A DNA stretch of 64,000 nucleotides, taken from NCBI GenBank assembly GCA_036156175.1, contig JAYZVA010000090.1:1609-65608 (forward strand). Reading direction: 5' to 3'. Shown in pieces: positions 1-9,355 of the stretch. Numbering within the stretch: position 1 is the first letter of the stretch; each line of letters begins with the position of its first letter. The translations under genes and the position numbers were made by a program. Under the pieces are notes generated by a model. The model ran no database searches and was not told the origin of the DNA. It saw nothing but the letters and a program-made list of their open reading frames with translations. The DNA comes from Myxococcota bacterium (GTDB lineage Bacteria > Myxococcota_A > UBA796).

Positions 1-699
1 GTTGCGGACCCGGCTCTGCTTGAGCTTCATTCCCTTTCGGGCACGGGTCCGAAAGACTTCCAGGCCATCGATCCCGCCGCGATCGAGCTCAAAGTCGGGG
101 TCCACAAACTGGTCTCGGATGGCCTGGGGTGCCGCCTCCCAGGGCGAGTGGGGATCGTAGTAATGGACAAACAGAAACAAGGGTTGGCCGCCCGGCCGCT
201 CGTCGATCGCCTTCAACGCGGCATCGGTGACCTCGTCTGCCCCCTTTCTCGGCGACCCGAACCACGAACTGAATTCCGTGTCTTTGTAGACCCGAAAACC
301 GCGGTCCAAGCCCATGTCGGACTCGAGCGGCATGGCACCAACAACGGCAATCCGATCCCACCCCGCGTCGCGCAGGCGTTCGGCCAGCAACGGCACATCC
401 TCGGGCACGGGCTGGCCGTTGCGGGGCACTCCGTGGCCGTGGGTGTCGAGACCAGACATCATCGTGGTGAGGGACCCCAAGGTCGTTGGCAAGGACGAGA
501 GCGCCCAGTTGAAGCGAACCCCCCTGGCAGCCAAGGCATCCAGGTGGGGCGTCGACGCGTCGGCGCCCCCGTACGCCGAAACGCTATCGACCCGAGTGGT
601 GTCGAAGCTGGCCAACACCACGACGGGTCCCGGCGCGGGGGCAGGCGGCGTGGAACACCCCAGCATCGAAAACAGTATCCAGGACCCAATCTGTCGCAT
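1..699 (-). CDS. Sulfatase-like hydrolase/transferase (alkaline phosphatase superfamily), predicted lipoprotein; the 3' end runs off the window
   Basis: My own minus-strand translation from the ATG (rc of cat 697-699) gives MRQIGSWILFSMLGC (lipobox LGC) ...VVVLASFDTTRVDSVSAYGG..STPHLDALAARGVRF..LPTTLGSLTTMMSG..LFLFVHYYDPHSPW. This resembles the sulfatase N-terminal block, with Thr at the nucleophile position. It is absent from the ORF track because there is no stop inside the window. Confidence 0.75.
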   Translation of the reverse strand, partial: MRQIGSWILFSMLGCSTPPAPAPGPVVVLASFDTTRVDSVSAYGGADASTPHLDALAARGVRFNWALSSLPTTLGSLTTMMSGLDTHGHGVPRNGQPVPEDVPLLAERLRDAGWDRIAVVGAMPLESDMGLDRGFRVYKDTEFSSWFGSPRKGADEVTDAALKAIDERPGGQPLFLFVHYYDPHSPWEAAPQAIRDQFVDPDFELDRGGIDGLEVFRTRARKGMKLKQSRVRN

Positions 700-772
700 G
701 GTGGCCGAATAACGTCCGCGCACCCAACCCAACACCTTGTCATTAACGGAAGACGCCCCTATCGTTGAGGAG

Positions 773-2083
773 ATGCGTCACTGGCTTCCCATCTGCATGC
801 TGTGCGCCTGCAGCGAATACGAGTTTGTTGAGAAGGTCGACTCGATCGCGGGCGGCGAGCCTCGGATCGAAGTCGATCCCACCATCTTGGACATGGGCGT
901 GTACGAACTGCATGGACCATCCGGGACCCGGCGGGTCGCCGTCTCGAACGTCGGTGAGGCGCCGCTGACGGTGCTTGGAGCCACCGTGAGCGACGCAACC
1001 GGACCGTTCACCGTGGCGGTGATGGACGAGACCCGGCTTGAACCCGATCAGTCCCTCAACCTGGTGGTGGAATTCACGCCCACCCTGACGGGAACCTCCC
1101 GCGACCAACTCATCGTGAGCAGCAACGATCCGATGCGGCCCGAGGTGGCGGTCGAGCTCAACGCGGTTGTGCCGGAAGCGGCAACCGACGAGGCGCCAGA
1201 CATTCTGCTCACCCCCACCAGCCACGACTTCGGCGTGATCGGCATCGAAGACACCGACAGCGCGGTGTTTGAAGTGCGCAATCGGGGCACAGCCGACCTG
1301 GTGATCAGCGAACTCGAACTGTTTGCCGACTCGGGCGAGCTCTCCCTGGACCGGCTGGAGGCCGCCAACGGTGCGCTGCCGTGGACCCTGCCGCCGGATG
1401 AGGCGCGGGAGGTCACGGTCCACTACAGCCCCACCGACGACGCCATGGACGGTGCGGAATTGGTGGTGAATTCCAACGATCCCGCGCGCCCCGAAGTGAG
1501 CGCGTACATCACCGGAAACGGCCGGGGATTCTCGGGGTTCTCCACCGGGTGGTACATCTACGACGACGGCTTGGACCACGAGACGACGTCCAGTCCCGCA
1601 CACGTCGTTGACACCCACGGCGACACCGACCTGTACTGGTACGAACCATCGGGCGTCCACGGGATGATCGGCACGACGGACCGCGAAGCGGACTTCGCCC
1701 GGATGCGGGAATACGTCATCACGGGTGCCGGCGCACCGACCGAAGTGACGGGTCCGATCTCGTTTTCGTCGTCGTCGCACCTCGCGACGTTTGCATTCGC
1801 CACCTACACCTACGTGGCCTGCGACTTCTGGATCGAGCCCGATGAAGACCCCGTGCTGTACGCCGTCGGTGCCGACGCCGTCGACGACGGCGTTCAGTTC
1901 ATGGTGAACGGCCACATCCTGGGGCACATGTACCTGCACAGCGAACCCCAGCATTGGTCGCTGCACGAAGTGGGCCGTCCGGGCGAAGTCAACACGCTCA
2001 TCGCCATCTTGGTCGACGACTCGCGGTCTCACCGCTACCTCAACAACCTCCGGTTCACCCGGGATGGGGTGATGGTGGAGTGA
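773..2083 (+). CDS. Secreted or lipoprotein with two choice-of-anchor-D/ASH-like beta-sandwich domains and an unknown C-terminal domain
   Basis: ORF 737-2083. The internal ATG at 773 gives MRHWLPICMLCAC (signal/lipobox-like). There are two repeats of the pattern ...V(S/E)N(V/R)G.A.L.(V/I)....(V/L).....F.V and NDP.RPEV. The start is uncertain (TTG 737 or ATG 773). Confidence 0.6.
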   Translation: MRHWLPICMLCACSEYEFVEKVDSIAGGEPRIEVDPTILDMGVYELHGPSGTRRVAVSNVGEAPLTVLGATVSDATGPFTVAVMDETRLEPDQSLNLVVEFTPTLTGTSRDQLIVSSNDPMRPEVAVELNAVVPEAATDEAPDILLTPTSHDFGVIGIEDTDSAVFEVRNRGTADLVISELELFADSGELSLDRLEAANGALPWTLPPDEAREVTVHYSPTDDAMDGAELVVNSNDPARPEVSAYITGNGRGFSGFSTGWYIYDDGLDHETTSSPAHVVDTHGDTDLYWYEPSGVHGMIGTTDREADFARMREYVITGAGAPTEVTGPISFSSSSHLATFAFATYTYVACDFWIEPDEDPVLYAVGADAVDDGVQFMVNGHILGHMYLHSEPQHWSLHEVGRPGEVNTLIAILVDDSRSHRYLNNLRFTRDGVMVE

Positions 2084-2701
2084 TCACCGGCCGGCCTGGG
2101 CGCCCCACAACTGTTGGAGCCGATGGTCGCGGCCGCATCCCGCGCGGTAGCTTTTGTACCGCGTCGGGTTCTTTTTGTAGAAGTCTTGGTGGTATTCCTC
2201 GGCGAGCCAGAACACTTGTTTGGGCAAGATTGGGGTCACCACCGTCCGCTTGAGGGTGCGCTCGGCCCGGGTCTTGCTGACGCCCGCCGCGGCACGCTCT
2301 TCCTCCGAGCCCACGAATACGGCCGTCCGGTACTGGTCTCCGCGGTCGCAGAACTGACCGTTTGCCTGCGTTGGGTCCACGTTGTGCCAGAAGGTGGAGA
2401 GCAGCTCTTCGTACGTGATGGTGGCCGGGTCGTACACCACTCGAATCGCTTCGAAATGTCCCGTCTCGCCGCCCGCAACTTGGCGGTAGGTCGGTCCCAC
2501 CTCCGGACCGCCGGTGTACCCCGACTCCACGGCGACCACCCCTGATCGCTTCTCGAACGGGGGCTCCATGCACCAGAAACACCCGCCGGCAAAGATCGCC
2601 TCGGCGAGGCCCGCCTTGGGGGCCTCGGCCGCCACCGTGGGCTCCGCCGCTTGCAGCGGTTCGCCGCAGCTCAACCACAGCACGAGCGCGGCCCCAATCA
2701 C
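2084..2701 (-). CDS. msrA: Peptide-methionine (S)-S-oxide reductase MsrA, with signal/lipobox
   Basis: GGCFWCMEPPFEK...GVVAVESGYTGG...YHQDFY motifs. A GTG start (rc 2699-2701) overlaps the msrB stop in a GTGA junction. The N-terminus reads VIGAALVLWLSCG. Confidence 0.9.
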   Translation of the reverse strand: MIGAALVLWLSCGEPLQAAEPTVAAEAPKAGLAEAIFAGGCFWCMEPPFEKRSGVVAVESGYTGGPEVGPTYRQVAGGETGHFEAIRVVYDPATITYEELLSTFWHNVDPTQANGQFCDRGDQYRTAVFVGSEEERAAAGVSKTRAERTLKRTVVTPILPKQVFWLAEEYHQDFYKKNPTRYKSYRAGCGRDHRLQQLWGAQAGR

Positions 2702-3180
2702 GGTTTGGCCTCTTTGGGCTGAAAGTCGAGAGCGTTGCCGTTGATGCAGAACCGTTGCCCGGTGGGGGGCGGCCCATCGGGGAACACATGCCCCAGGTGG
2801 CCGCCGCAGCGGTTGCATAAAATTTCCGTCCGGCTCATCCACAGCGAGTTGTCTTCGGCATCGGCCAGCGCGTTTTTCTCAATGGGCCGGGTGAAGCTGG
2901 GCCACCCCGTGCCCGACCGGAACTTGTCGTCGCTGGAGAACAGCGCGAGGCCGCAGCCGCCACAGGAATAGATTCCAGGGGCCTTGTTGTCCCAGTACTT
3001 TCCGGTGAACGCACGCTCCGTGCCTTTTTTGCGGAGGATGCGGTATTGCTCGGCTGTGAGGCTGCTGCGCCACTCGGCATCGGTCTTGGTCACCGCATCT
3101 GCGCGCGGCGACACAAAGCCGTCGGCGGCCTCCGAAGGGCCGCACCCCAGTGCCAGTGCCAAGCTGACCAGCCGTTTCAT
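2698..3180 (-). CDS. msrB: Peptide-methionine (R)-S-oxide reductase MsrB, predicted lipoprotein
   Basis: SCGGCGLALF...GTGWPSFTRPI...CNRCGGHLGHVFPDGP...RFCINGNAL. The likely start MKRLVSLALALGC (lipobox) has GGAGG 7 nt upstream. Confidence 0.9.
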   Translation of the reverse strand: MKRLVSLALALGCGPSEAADGFVSPRADAVTKTDAEWRSSLTAEQYRILRKKGTERAFTGKYWDNKAPGIYSCGGCGLALFSSDDKFRSGTGWPSFTRPIEKNALADAEDNSLWMSRTEILCNRCGGHLGHVFPDGPPPTGQRFCINGNALDFQPKEAKP

Positions 3181-3258
3181 TGCCCTGCCTCCAAACCGAT
3201 GATTCCAGAGTTGGAACGCGCCACTCCCCTTCATCATTCCCGATTTCAGCAACGATCG

Positions 3259-3876
3259 CTACACCGGTTTGCGGAAGGTCGTGGCGAGCCAGGGCTGCTC
3301 AATGCGGGGCAACCCCTTGGGGCGGTAATAGTGGTCCAAGAACACGAACCCGGCCGCCGTCATGAACCGCGTCCACGCGTCGAGGTCGTGGTAGGAGCTG
3401 TAGCGCTCCCCGTTCCACCCCTCCTCGTTGTCGCCCCGAGGGTTCGATGAGAAGAGGACGCCGCCGGGTTTGAGCGCGCGATGCAGCTCGCCCAGCACGC
3501 GCGGTAGTTCCGATCGCGGAACATGAAACAGGGTCGCGTTCGCGAACACGCCGTCGAAGTGCCCGTCGGGGAGCTCCAGCGCCAAGAAGTTCTGGTGCCA
3601 GACCTCGGCGCCTGAAAAGTCCCGTGCCATCTGGCAAAAGGTGGGCGACCCCTCCACGCCGGTGGGGATGTGACCCCGGCGCCGAAAGTCTGCCAAGTCA
3701 CGCCCCGGACCGCATCCAAAATCCAAGATGCGGTGCGGCCCATCGCCATCGAGCGCACCCAACAGGGCGTCCACGTTTTGCGACACATCGTGGTCGCGCG
3801 TGCCTTCCCAAAACGACTCGGCCCGTTCTTCGTAGCTCTGGATTGTCGGGCCGGTCAGGGAGTCGAGCCGACCCAT
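3259..3876 (-). CDS. Class I SAM-dependent methyltransferase
   Basis: ILDFGCGPGRD (motif I) and LKPGGVLF. The ATG overlaps the gloA stop by 1 nt (TGATG at 3874-3878). Confidence 0.8.
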   Translation of the reverse strand: MGRLDSLTGPTIQSYEERAESFWEGTRDHDVSQNVDALLGALDGDGPHRILDFGCGPGRDLADFRRRGHIPTGVEGSPTFCQMARDFSGAEVWHQNFLALELPDGHFDGVFANATLFHVPRSELPRVLGELHRALKPGGVLFSSNPRGDNEEGWNGERYSSYHDLDAWTRFMTAAGFVFLDHYYRPKGLPRIEQPWLATTFRKPV

Positions 3877-4292
3877 CACCACTCCCCTTGGCTCGGCATG
3901 CTCGCCCACGGTTCGGCCACGGGAAGCGCGTCGCCCGCCTGGAGCAGCTCAACCGAGATGTTGTCGGGGCTGCGCACGAACGCCATGCGGCCGTCTCTCG
4001 GTGGCCGCAGGATGGTCACGCCGTTTTCGACCAAGCGGCTGCAGACGGCGTAGATGTCATCGACCGCATACGCCACATGCCCAAAGTTCCGGCCGCCGTC
4101 GTAGGGCTCGACTTGGTCCCAGTTGTGGGTCAACTCCAGCGGCGGATCGTCGGGGCCCGCGGCGATGAAGACCAGCGTGAATCGGCCCCGTTCGGAGTCG
4201 CGACGGCGGACCTCGTGGAGCCCCAACAGTCCAAAGAAGTGCAAGGCTTTCTCGAGGTCGAGCACGCGAATCATGGTGTGGAGGTACCGCAT
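3876..4292 (-). CDS. gloA: Lactoylglutathione lyase (glyoxalase I)
   Basis: [20 protein letters not shown]...LELTHNWD...[14 protein letters not shown]...[17 protein letters not shown]. The start was chosen at the internal Met that matches GloA N-termini. Confidence 0.85.
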   Translation of the reverse strand: MRYLHTMIRVLDLEKALHFFGLLGLHEVRRRDSERGRFTLVFIAAGPDDPPLELTHNWDQVEPYDGGRNFGHVAYAVDDIYAVCSRLVENGVTILRPPRDGRMAFVRSPDNISVELLQAGDALPVAEPWASMPSQGEW

Positions 4293-4377
4293 AGGTCGTC
4301 GTACTCTGCCGTGCGCCGGCACGCACCCCTTTTGCGTCGAGTTCCGCACGGTCTGCGCGCCGCGATAAGGCCCCCTC

Positions 4378-5280
4378 ATGAAACTCACCGACCACCTCAA
4401 GCACCTCGGCCTCAGCAACACCGAGGCCAAGCGTGCCCTTCAATCCGGCAAAGTGTTTCTGCACGGCATTCCCACAGCAGACGGTGGACGCACCATCGAG
4501 CCGTACCAAATCGAGCTTCGCCCAGAGGCACCAAGGCTGACCCCCGGCCGCGACTTGGTCATCGTCCACAAAGACGACGACTTGGTGGTCGTTTGGAAGC
4601 CCTCAGGGATGCTCAGCGTGCCGGCGGGCAAGGCCGGTGGCCACCTCAATGCCCTGGGCTTGGTGAGCAAGCTGATGCGGAGCCCGGCCTTGGTGGTGCA
4701 TCGAATCGACCAAGGTACGAGCGGCTTGATGATGATGGCCCGGAACGAAGCAGCCCAGCAGCACCTCAAGGACCAGCTTGAGCGCCACAGCGTTGAGCGG
4801 CGGTACATCGCCCTGGTGCACGGTCGGCCACCCGAGTCCGCATGGACGGTGTCAAACCACCTCGTTGACGACCGCGGAGACGGCCTGCGCGGCAGCGTCG
4901 ACGGCCAGCGGCCCCGGCACGCCAAGCACGCGAAGACGCGATTCCATCACCTCGAGCGCCTGGACAAACACATCAACTTGGTGGAGGCGCACCTGCACAC
5001 CGGACGGACCCACCAAGTGCGCATCCACCTCGCCGAGGGCGGCACGCCCATTCTGGGCGACGAGCGGTACGGAAGGCCTGCGGTGAACCGCGGCGTGTCG
5101 CGGCTCTGCTTGCACGCCGTCGTCCTGGGAATCCAGCACCCATCCTCGGGCGAGACGATCCGCTTCACCAGCCCCATACCGGACGGAATCGAGCGCATCA
5201 TGCGCTCGGCGCGCCATCAGCACGCCCACCCCACATCCAAGCGAACAAAGGGCCGGCGGCCCAAGAAGCACCGCTCTTAG
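4378..5280 (+). CDS. RluA-family 23S rRNA/tRNA pseudouridine synthase with N-terminal S4-like domain
   Basis: [15 protein letters not shown] catalytic Asp motif and [11 protein letters not shown] motif. Confidence 0.85.
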   Translation: MKLTDHLKHLGLSNTEAKRALQSGKVFLHGIPTADGGRTIEPYQIELRPEAPRLTPGRDLVIVHKDDDLVVVWKPSGMLSVPAGKAGGHLNALGLVSKLMRSPALVVHRIDQGTSGLMMMARNEAAQQHLKDQLERHSVERRYIALVHGRPPESAWTVSNHLVDDRGDGLRGSVDGQRPRHAKHAKTRFHHLERLDKHINLVEAHLHTGRTHQVRIHLAEGGTPILGDERYGRPAVNRGVSRLCLHAVVLGIQHPSSGETIRFTSPIPDGIERIMRSARHQHAHPTSKRTKGRRPKKHRS

Positions 5281-6281
5281 CTTCCGTCCCAGAGCACGCC
5301 GTCGGAGGTCTCGACCACCTCGCACTCGGCGGTCAGAGAAATGGTGCCTTCCGTCGGTCGAAAGACCACGGCCATGTTGCACATCTCGTCGGTGGACTCG
5401 TTGCCGTAGTTGACCGCTTCTTCGGTGGTGTTGTTCCACTCGCAGGTCCACTCAAACCCTTGCCCCGCCGCGACCGAGATGGGTTCCTCGTACTGCGTGA
5501 TCATCGGCGTGTGCCAGTCGTCGTTGGAGAAGAACACCTCGCCCACCTCGCCGGTCTCGCCGTCGTAGGGCGCGATGTCGAACCGGGTGCCCAAGGCGTG
5601 TTGATGCCCGGCCAAGACCATGACCTCCACGTCTTCATTGAACACGCATCGCGACCACTCCGTGTGGATGCCGCTGGGCGGAATGTTGATGTGTTCATCG
5701 CGCACGCTTCCGCCCCACATGGATTTTTCCACCGCGGTCTGCGCCACCGTGTAGGCGTTGATTTCGGAGTAGATGTCCACCGGGTCCGGCGTCGGGTTCA
5801 CGTAGTGCACTTCGTGCAACACATCGATGTTGGCCGGCACGTTGGCCACCGTGCCGTCCGGAAACACCATCTCCCCGCTCGGGTCGCCCTGTCCTCCGAA
5901 CACCATGACCGCCTCCTCCATCAGCGTCGAGTCGCCGTACAGCTCGTTGCAGTCGTAGGTGCCGTATTCAACCGGGGATTCGGTCACGCCGCCCAGAAGG
6001 CTGAAGTTCAACGCCGAGACCGTGAAGTGATGCGTGCCCTCGTTTTGGTTGTACTCCACCGACTGGACGGCGGTGAACCCTTCTGCGTCAACGGGAAGGG
6101 GGTACACCGAACACATCCAGACTTCGCTGAACGGTTCGGCCGTGCCGTACATGGATAGTTGAAACCCATCCGAGGGATCGGGCGCTTCGAGCACGGGCCG
6201 GTTCAGCGCGTCGGACCCACCGGTGTCGCCGTCCTTGTCGGTGCACCCCATCAGGGCGAGTGAAATGACAATTGCGCGCAT
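5277..6281 (-). CDS. Lipoprotein resembling copper type II ascorbate-dependent monooxygenases (PHM/DBH fold)
   Basis: The start MRAIVISLALMGC (lipobox) has GGGAGG upstream. Ligand-like pattern: GTHHF ... LHEVHY ... GHQHALG ... STDEMCNM. Compare PHM HH / H / HxH / DEMC. Confidence 0.55.
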   Translation of the reverse strand: MRAIVISLALMGCTDKDGDTGGSDALNRPVLEAPDPSDGFQLSMYGTAEPFSEVWMCSVYPLPVDAEGFTAVQSVEYNQNEGTHHFTVSALNFSLLGGVTESPVEYGTYDCNELYGDSTLMEEAVMVFGGQGDPSGEMVFPDGTVANVPANIDVLHEVHYVNPTPDPVDIYSEINAYTVAQTAVEKSMWGGSVRDEHINIPPSGIHTEWSRCVFNEDVEVMVLAGHQHALGTRFDIAPYDGETGEVGEVFFSNDDWHTPMITQYEEPISVAAGQGFEWTCEWNNTTEEAVNYGNESTDEMCNMAVVFRPTEGTISLTAECEVVETSDGVLWDGS

Positions 6282-6485
6282 GCATGCCTCCCTTGTGCCG
6301 GACCTACTGTATCCGAATCGGCCCCCATCCATCAGAGAATTCACGCGGTCCCGCGGCGCGGGAAATGGTGCATCGCGAACCCCAAAGCGCACCGCGCGCT
6401 CGAAACGCCGCCCACCGGGATTCGGGTCGCACACGCGCCTCGTTGACCGCATGACACACCCACAAAAATCCGATAGACCGCCTCC

Positions 6486-6779
6486 ATGCTCAGCACTTCT
6501 GTCGGACGTTTGCGATTGATTGGATTGATTGAGGGCTTGTCGTTTCTGGCGCTGGTCTTTGTCGCGATGCCAAAGAAGTACATGTTCGGTGATCCGACGT
6601 GGGTGAAAGCCGTGGGCCAAGTCCACGGGCTGCTCTGGGTGGTCTTCTGCTTCGCCCTCGTGGACGCCAAGTCCAATCAAGGGTGGTCGTTCAAGCAAGC
6701 CTTGGTGCCCTTCATCGCATCGATGCTTCCTTTCGGACCGTTCGTCGTCGACAAGCGCATCAAAGAAGGCCGGATCTGA
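6486..6779 (+). CDS. DUF3817-type small integral membrane protein
   Basis: LRLIGLIEGLSFLALVFVAMPKKY...VHGLLWVVF...LPFGPFVVDK, a typical DUF3817 pattern. Confidence 0.75.
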   Translation: MLSTSVGRLRLIGLIEGLSFLALVFVAMPKKYMFGDPTWVKAVGQVHGLLWVVFCFALVDAKSNQGWSFKQALVPFIASMLPFGPFVVDKRIKEGRI

Positions 6780-6941
6780 ATCACATCTTGCTGACGTTGT
6801 TGCCGCTCTTGTTGGTGGGATGAATTCGGTTCGCCACGCGTTCGAGTGCGATCGCGAGCTTGGCTTTCAGTTTGTTCAGAAGAAGACGTTTCACAGCTGT
6901 CTCAAGAAAGCGGGCGACCTGGGTTAATTTCTACAGGTGCC

Positions 6942-8876
6942 ATGAGTATACCCCGCCGCCCCATGCCCATGACCCGCGAAGAAGCGGGCAATCGCGACCT
7001 GGATGTCATCTTGGTCACGGGCGACGCCTATGTGGATCATCCGGGGTGGGGCATCTCGGCCATTGGGCGGTGGCTGGAAGACAACGGATTCTCGGTGGGC
7101 ATCATCGCCCAACCCGACTGGACCGACCCCGAAGCCTTCCGGGTGCTCGGCCGGCCGCGGTTGTTCATGGGCATCACGAGCGGAAACATGGATTCGATGG
7201 TGAATCACTACACGGCCAGCCGCCGGATCCGTTCAACCGATGCGTATTCGCCCGGTGGCGAGCGCGGGCTTCGGCCGGATCGGGCCACCATCCCGTATGT
7301 GTCCAAAGCACGGCAGGCGCTGCCCGGCTTGCCCATCGTTGTGGGCGGGGTGGAGGCCTCGCTCCGGCGGCTGGTGCACTTTGATTTTTGGCAAGACAAG
7401 ATTCGGGGGTCCATTTTGCTGGACTCCAAGGCGGACTTGCTGGTGTACGGGATGGGCGAGCTGGCGGTGGTCGAAATCGCCAAGCGGCTTCGAGACGGAC
7501 GGACCATCAAGGACTGCCGAGACATTCCCGGCACCGCCTATGCCTTGGGCGCGAAGGACCCGGTTCCCGTGGGCGACGACGTGATCGAATTGCCGAGCTT
7601 GGCCGAATGCAAGTCGGACCGCCGGGGGCTCAACCGGGTCACGTTGCACATGTACCGCGAGTCCAACCCCCACTGCGGAAAGACCCTCATTCAACAGCAC
7701 GGGTCGCGATGGGTGGTCCAAAACCCCCCGACTCGGCCGCTGGACACCCCCGAGATGGACCGGCTGCACGAGCTGCCCTACACCCACCGCCCGCACCCCT
7801 GCTACCGCAAAGAGATTCCCGCGCTGAACAGCATCGCGGGGTCGGTCACCGTCAATCGGGGATGCTCCGGCGGATGCAGCTTCTGCGCGCTGACGATCCA
7901 CCAGGGCAAAGACGTCACCAGCCGTTCCACCGAGAGCGTCCTCAAGGAAGTCGCCAGCCTTCCCCAGCGGAAGGGCTTCAACGGCATCGTGTCCGACCTC
8001 GGCGGCCCCACGGCAAACATGTTCCACATGAAGTGCATGTCCGCGGCTGCCAATGCCGTCTGCCGACGCGTGAGCTGCTTGCACCCTGTCCGATGCAAGC
8101 ACTACGGGACCGACCACAAGCCCTACCTGGAGTTGCTTCGGAAGGCGCGCAACCTGCCGGGAATTCGCCGAGTCTACGTCAACTCGGGCATTCGATACGA
8201 CCTTGCCGCACTCGACCCCGAGTTTGTCGAGGAACTGGCCACTCATCACACCCAGGGTCAGCTGTCGGTTGCGCCCGAGCACGCCAGCCCTGCCGCCTTG
8301 TCGATGATGCGCAAGCCCAACATCGAGTACTTCGACGACTTCATGCGTCGGTTCAAAGAGTCGAACACCAAGGCCGGCAAAGACCAATACGTGGTGCCCT
8401 ACTTTCAATGCGCCCACCCCGGTGTGGGTCCCAACGAGACCATCGAACTGGCCCTCTACATGAAGCGGTCCGGGTTGCGGCCGCGGCAGGTTCAGATGTT
8501 CATGCCCACGCCGGCAACGATCGCCACCGCGATGTACGTGTCGGGCGAGGACCCCTACACGAAGAACGACGTGTTTGTCGCCCGCGGCGACCGCGAACGC
8601 TCGCGGCAGCGGGCACTGCTGTTCTACTGGAAGCGCGAAGAATGGCCCCATGTGCGCGAGGCGCTCAAGACCTGGGGCCGCGCCGACCTGATTGGCAAGG
8701 GCCCCGACCACCTCGTCCCGCCCGGTCCCGCCTACGGTGCCTGGAAATTCTGGGCCCGCAACAAAGGGCAAGTCCGCTACGACACCCACATGGGCATGCG
8801 GGTCGAACGCGCGGCGCGGTACGAGGAAGACGAGCAAAACTGGGAAGCGAAGGCCACCAACGGCTGCGGGGGTTGA
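6942..8876 (+). CDS. ygiQ: YgiQ-family radical SAM protein (UPF0313)
   Basis: DVILVTGDAYVDHPGWG..., the radical SAM cluster motif CSGGCSFC, and a length typical of YgiQ. The start is taken at the internal ATG (MSIPRRPMPMTREE). Confidence 0.9.
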   Translation: MSIPRRPMPMTREEAGNRDLDVILVTGDAYVDHPGWGISAIGRWLEDNGFSVGIIAQPDWTDPEAFRVLGRPRLFMGITSGNMDSMVNHYTASRRIRSTDAYSPGGERGLRPDRATIPYVSKARQALPGLPIVVGGVEASLRRLVHFDFWQDKIRGSILLDSKADLLVYGMGELAVVEIAKRLRDGRTIKDCRDIPGTAYALGAKDPVPVGDDVIELPSLAECKSDRRGLNRVTLHMYRESNPHCGKTLIQQHGSRWVVQNPPTRPLDTPEMDRLHELPYTHRPHPCYRKEIPALNSIAGSVTVNRGCSGGCSFCALTIHQGKDVTSRSTESVLKEVASLPQRKGFNGIVSDLGGPTANMFHMKCMSAAANAVCRRVSCLHPVRCKHYGTDHKPYLELLRKARNLPGIRRVYVNSGIRYDLAALDPEFVEELATHHTQGQLSVAPEHASPAALSMMRKPNIEYFDDFMRRFKESNTKAGKDQYVVPYFQCAHPGVGPNETIELALYMKRSGLRPRQVQMFMPTPATIATAMYVSGEDPYTKNDVFVARGDRERSRQRALLFYWKREEWPHVREALKTWGRADLIGKGPDHLVPPGPAYGAWKFWARNKGQVRYDTHMGMRVERAARYEEDEQNWEAKATNGCGG

Positions 8877-8877
8877 T

Positions 8878-9351
8878 GTGTCGGATTTGCGCTCGCAGCT
8901 CATCGCCAAGCTGGGCGCCACGCCGCCCGAACCCGAGCCCGATGCGCCCCGATCGGACGACGCCTTGGCGGCCACCGCCCACCTCGACACCGACTGGTTC
9001 CGCGCCCTGACGCCGTTGGTGCGTGAATGCGGCGTGGCGCTCGGCACGCAGCCATCGTTTGCCGCGGCCCAAAATGCGCACCATGTGGTCGCCAAAACGT
9101 TGAAGAAAAACGGACGGGGCCGCGAACGGTCGGAGTTGGTGGACGCGTTCTCCCGGTACACCAAGAAGCGGGAAAAGGTCATCTGGGCACGGCTGAAGGC
9201 CTCCCTCACCGAGGCCGGGCAATCGCCCAAGCTCTACCGGGCCCTCAAGTCGAGCGCCGTGCCCGCCGAAACACTGCTCAACCGTTGGAACCGCATCAAG
9301 AACAAGGGGTGGTCCGCCGCCAACATCCGCACCGAACTCCTCCGGAGCTGA
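8878..9351 (+). CDS. Hypothetical protein
   Basis: This is the in-frame tail of ORF 8692-9351. The first plausible start after the ygiQ stop is GTG 8878. The sequence is VSDLRSQLIAKLG...NRWNRIKNKGWSAANIRTELLRS. I recognised no family. Confidence 0.45.
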   Translation: MSDLRSQLIAKLGATPPEPEPDAPRSDDALAATAHLDTDWFRALTPLVRECGVALGTQPSFAAAQNAHHVVAKTLKKNGRGRERSELVDAFSRYTKKREKVIWARLKASLTEAGQSPKLYRALKSSAVPAETLLNRWNRIKNKGWSAANIRTELLRS

Positions 9352-9355
9352 AGGC

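Noticed and set aside
743-2032. Very long ORFs antisense to or overlapping annotated genes. Examples: 743-2032(-) 429 aa, 7233-9230(-) 665 aa, 9296-11656(-) 786 aa, 15012-16922(+) 636 aa, 20224-22455(+) 743 aa, 24914-25576 (the 5' part of the 1158-aa ORF), 33021-34586(-), 34198-36060(+), 37010-38224(+), 42915-45152(+), 49561-51360(-), 55412-56740(-), 62500-63603(-).
   Set aside because: These are typical shadow ORFs of GC-rich DNA. Their translations are Arg/Gly/His/Pro-rich with no recognisable motifs. In each case the opposite or alternative frame encodes a protein with clear family signatures.
6861-6876. Sigma-54-like element TGGCTTTCAGTTTGTT in the AT-richer region upstream of ygiQ.
   Set aside because: The GG and the spacing fit TGGCAC-N5-TTGC, but the -12 GC is GT and there is no nearby enhancer-binding-protein gene. 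The match is too weak to call.
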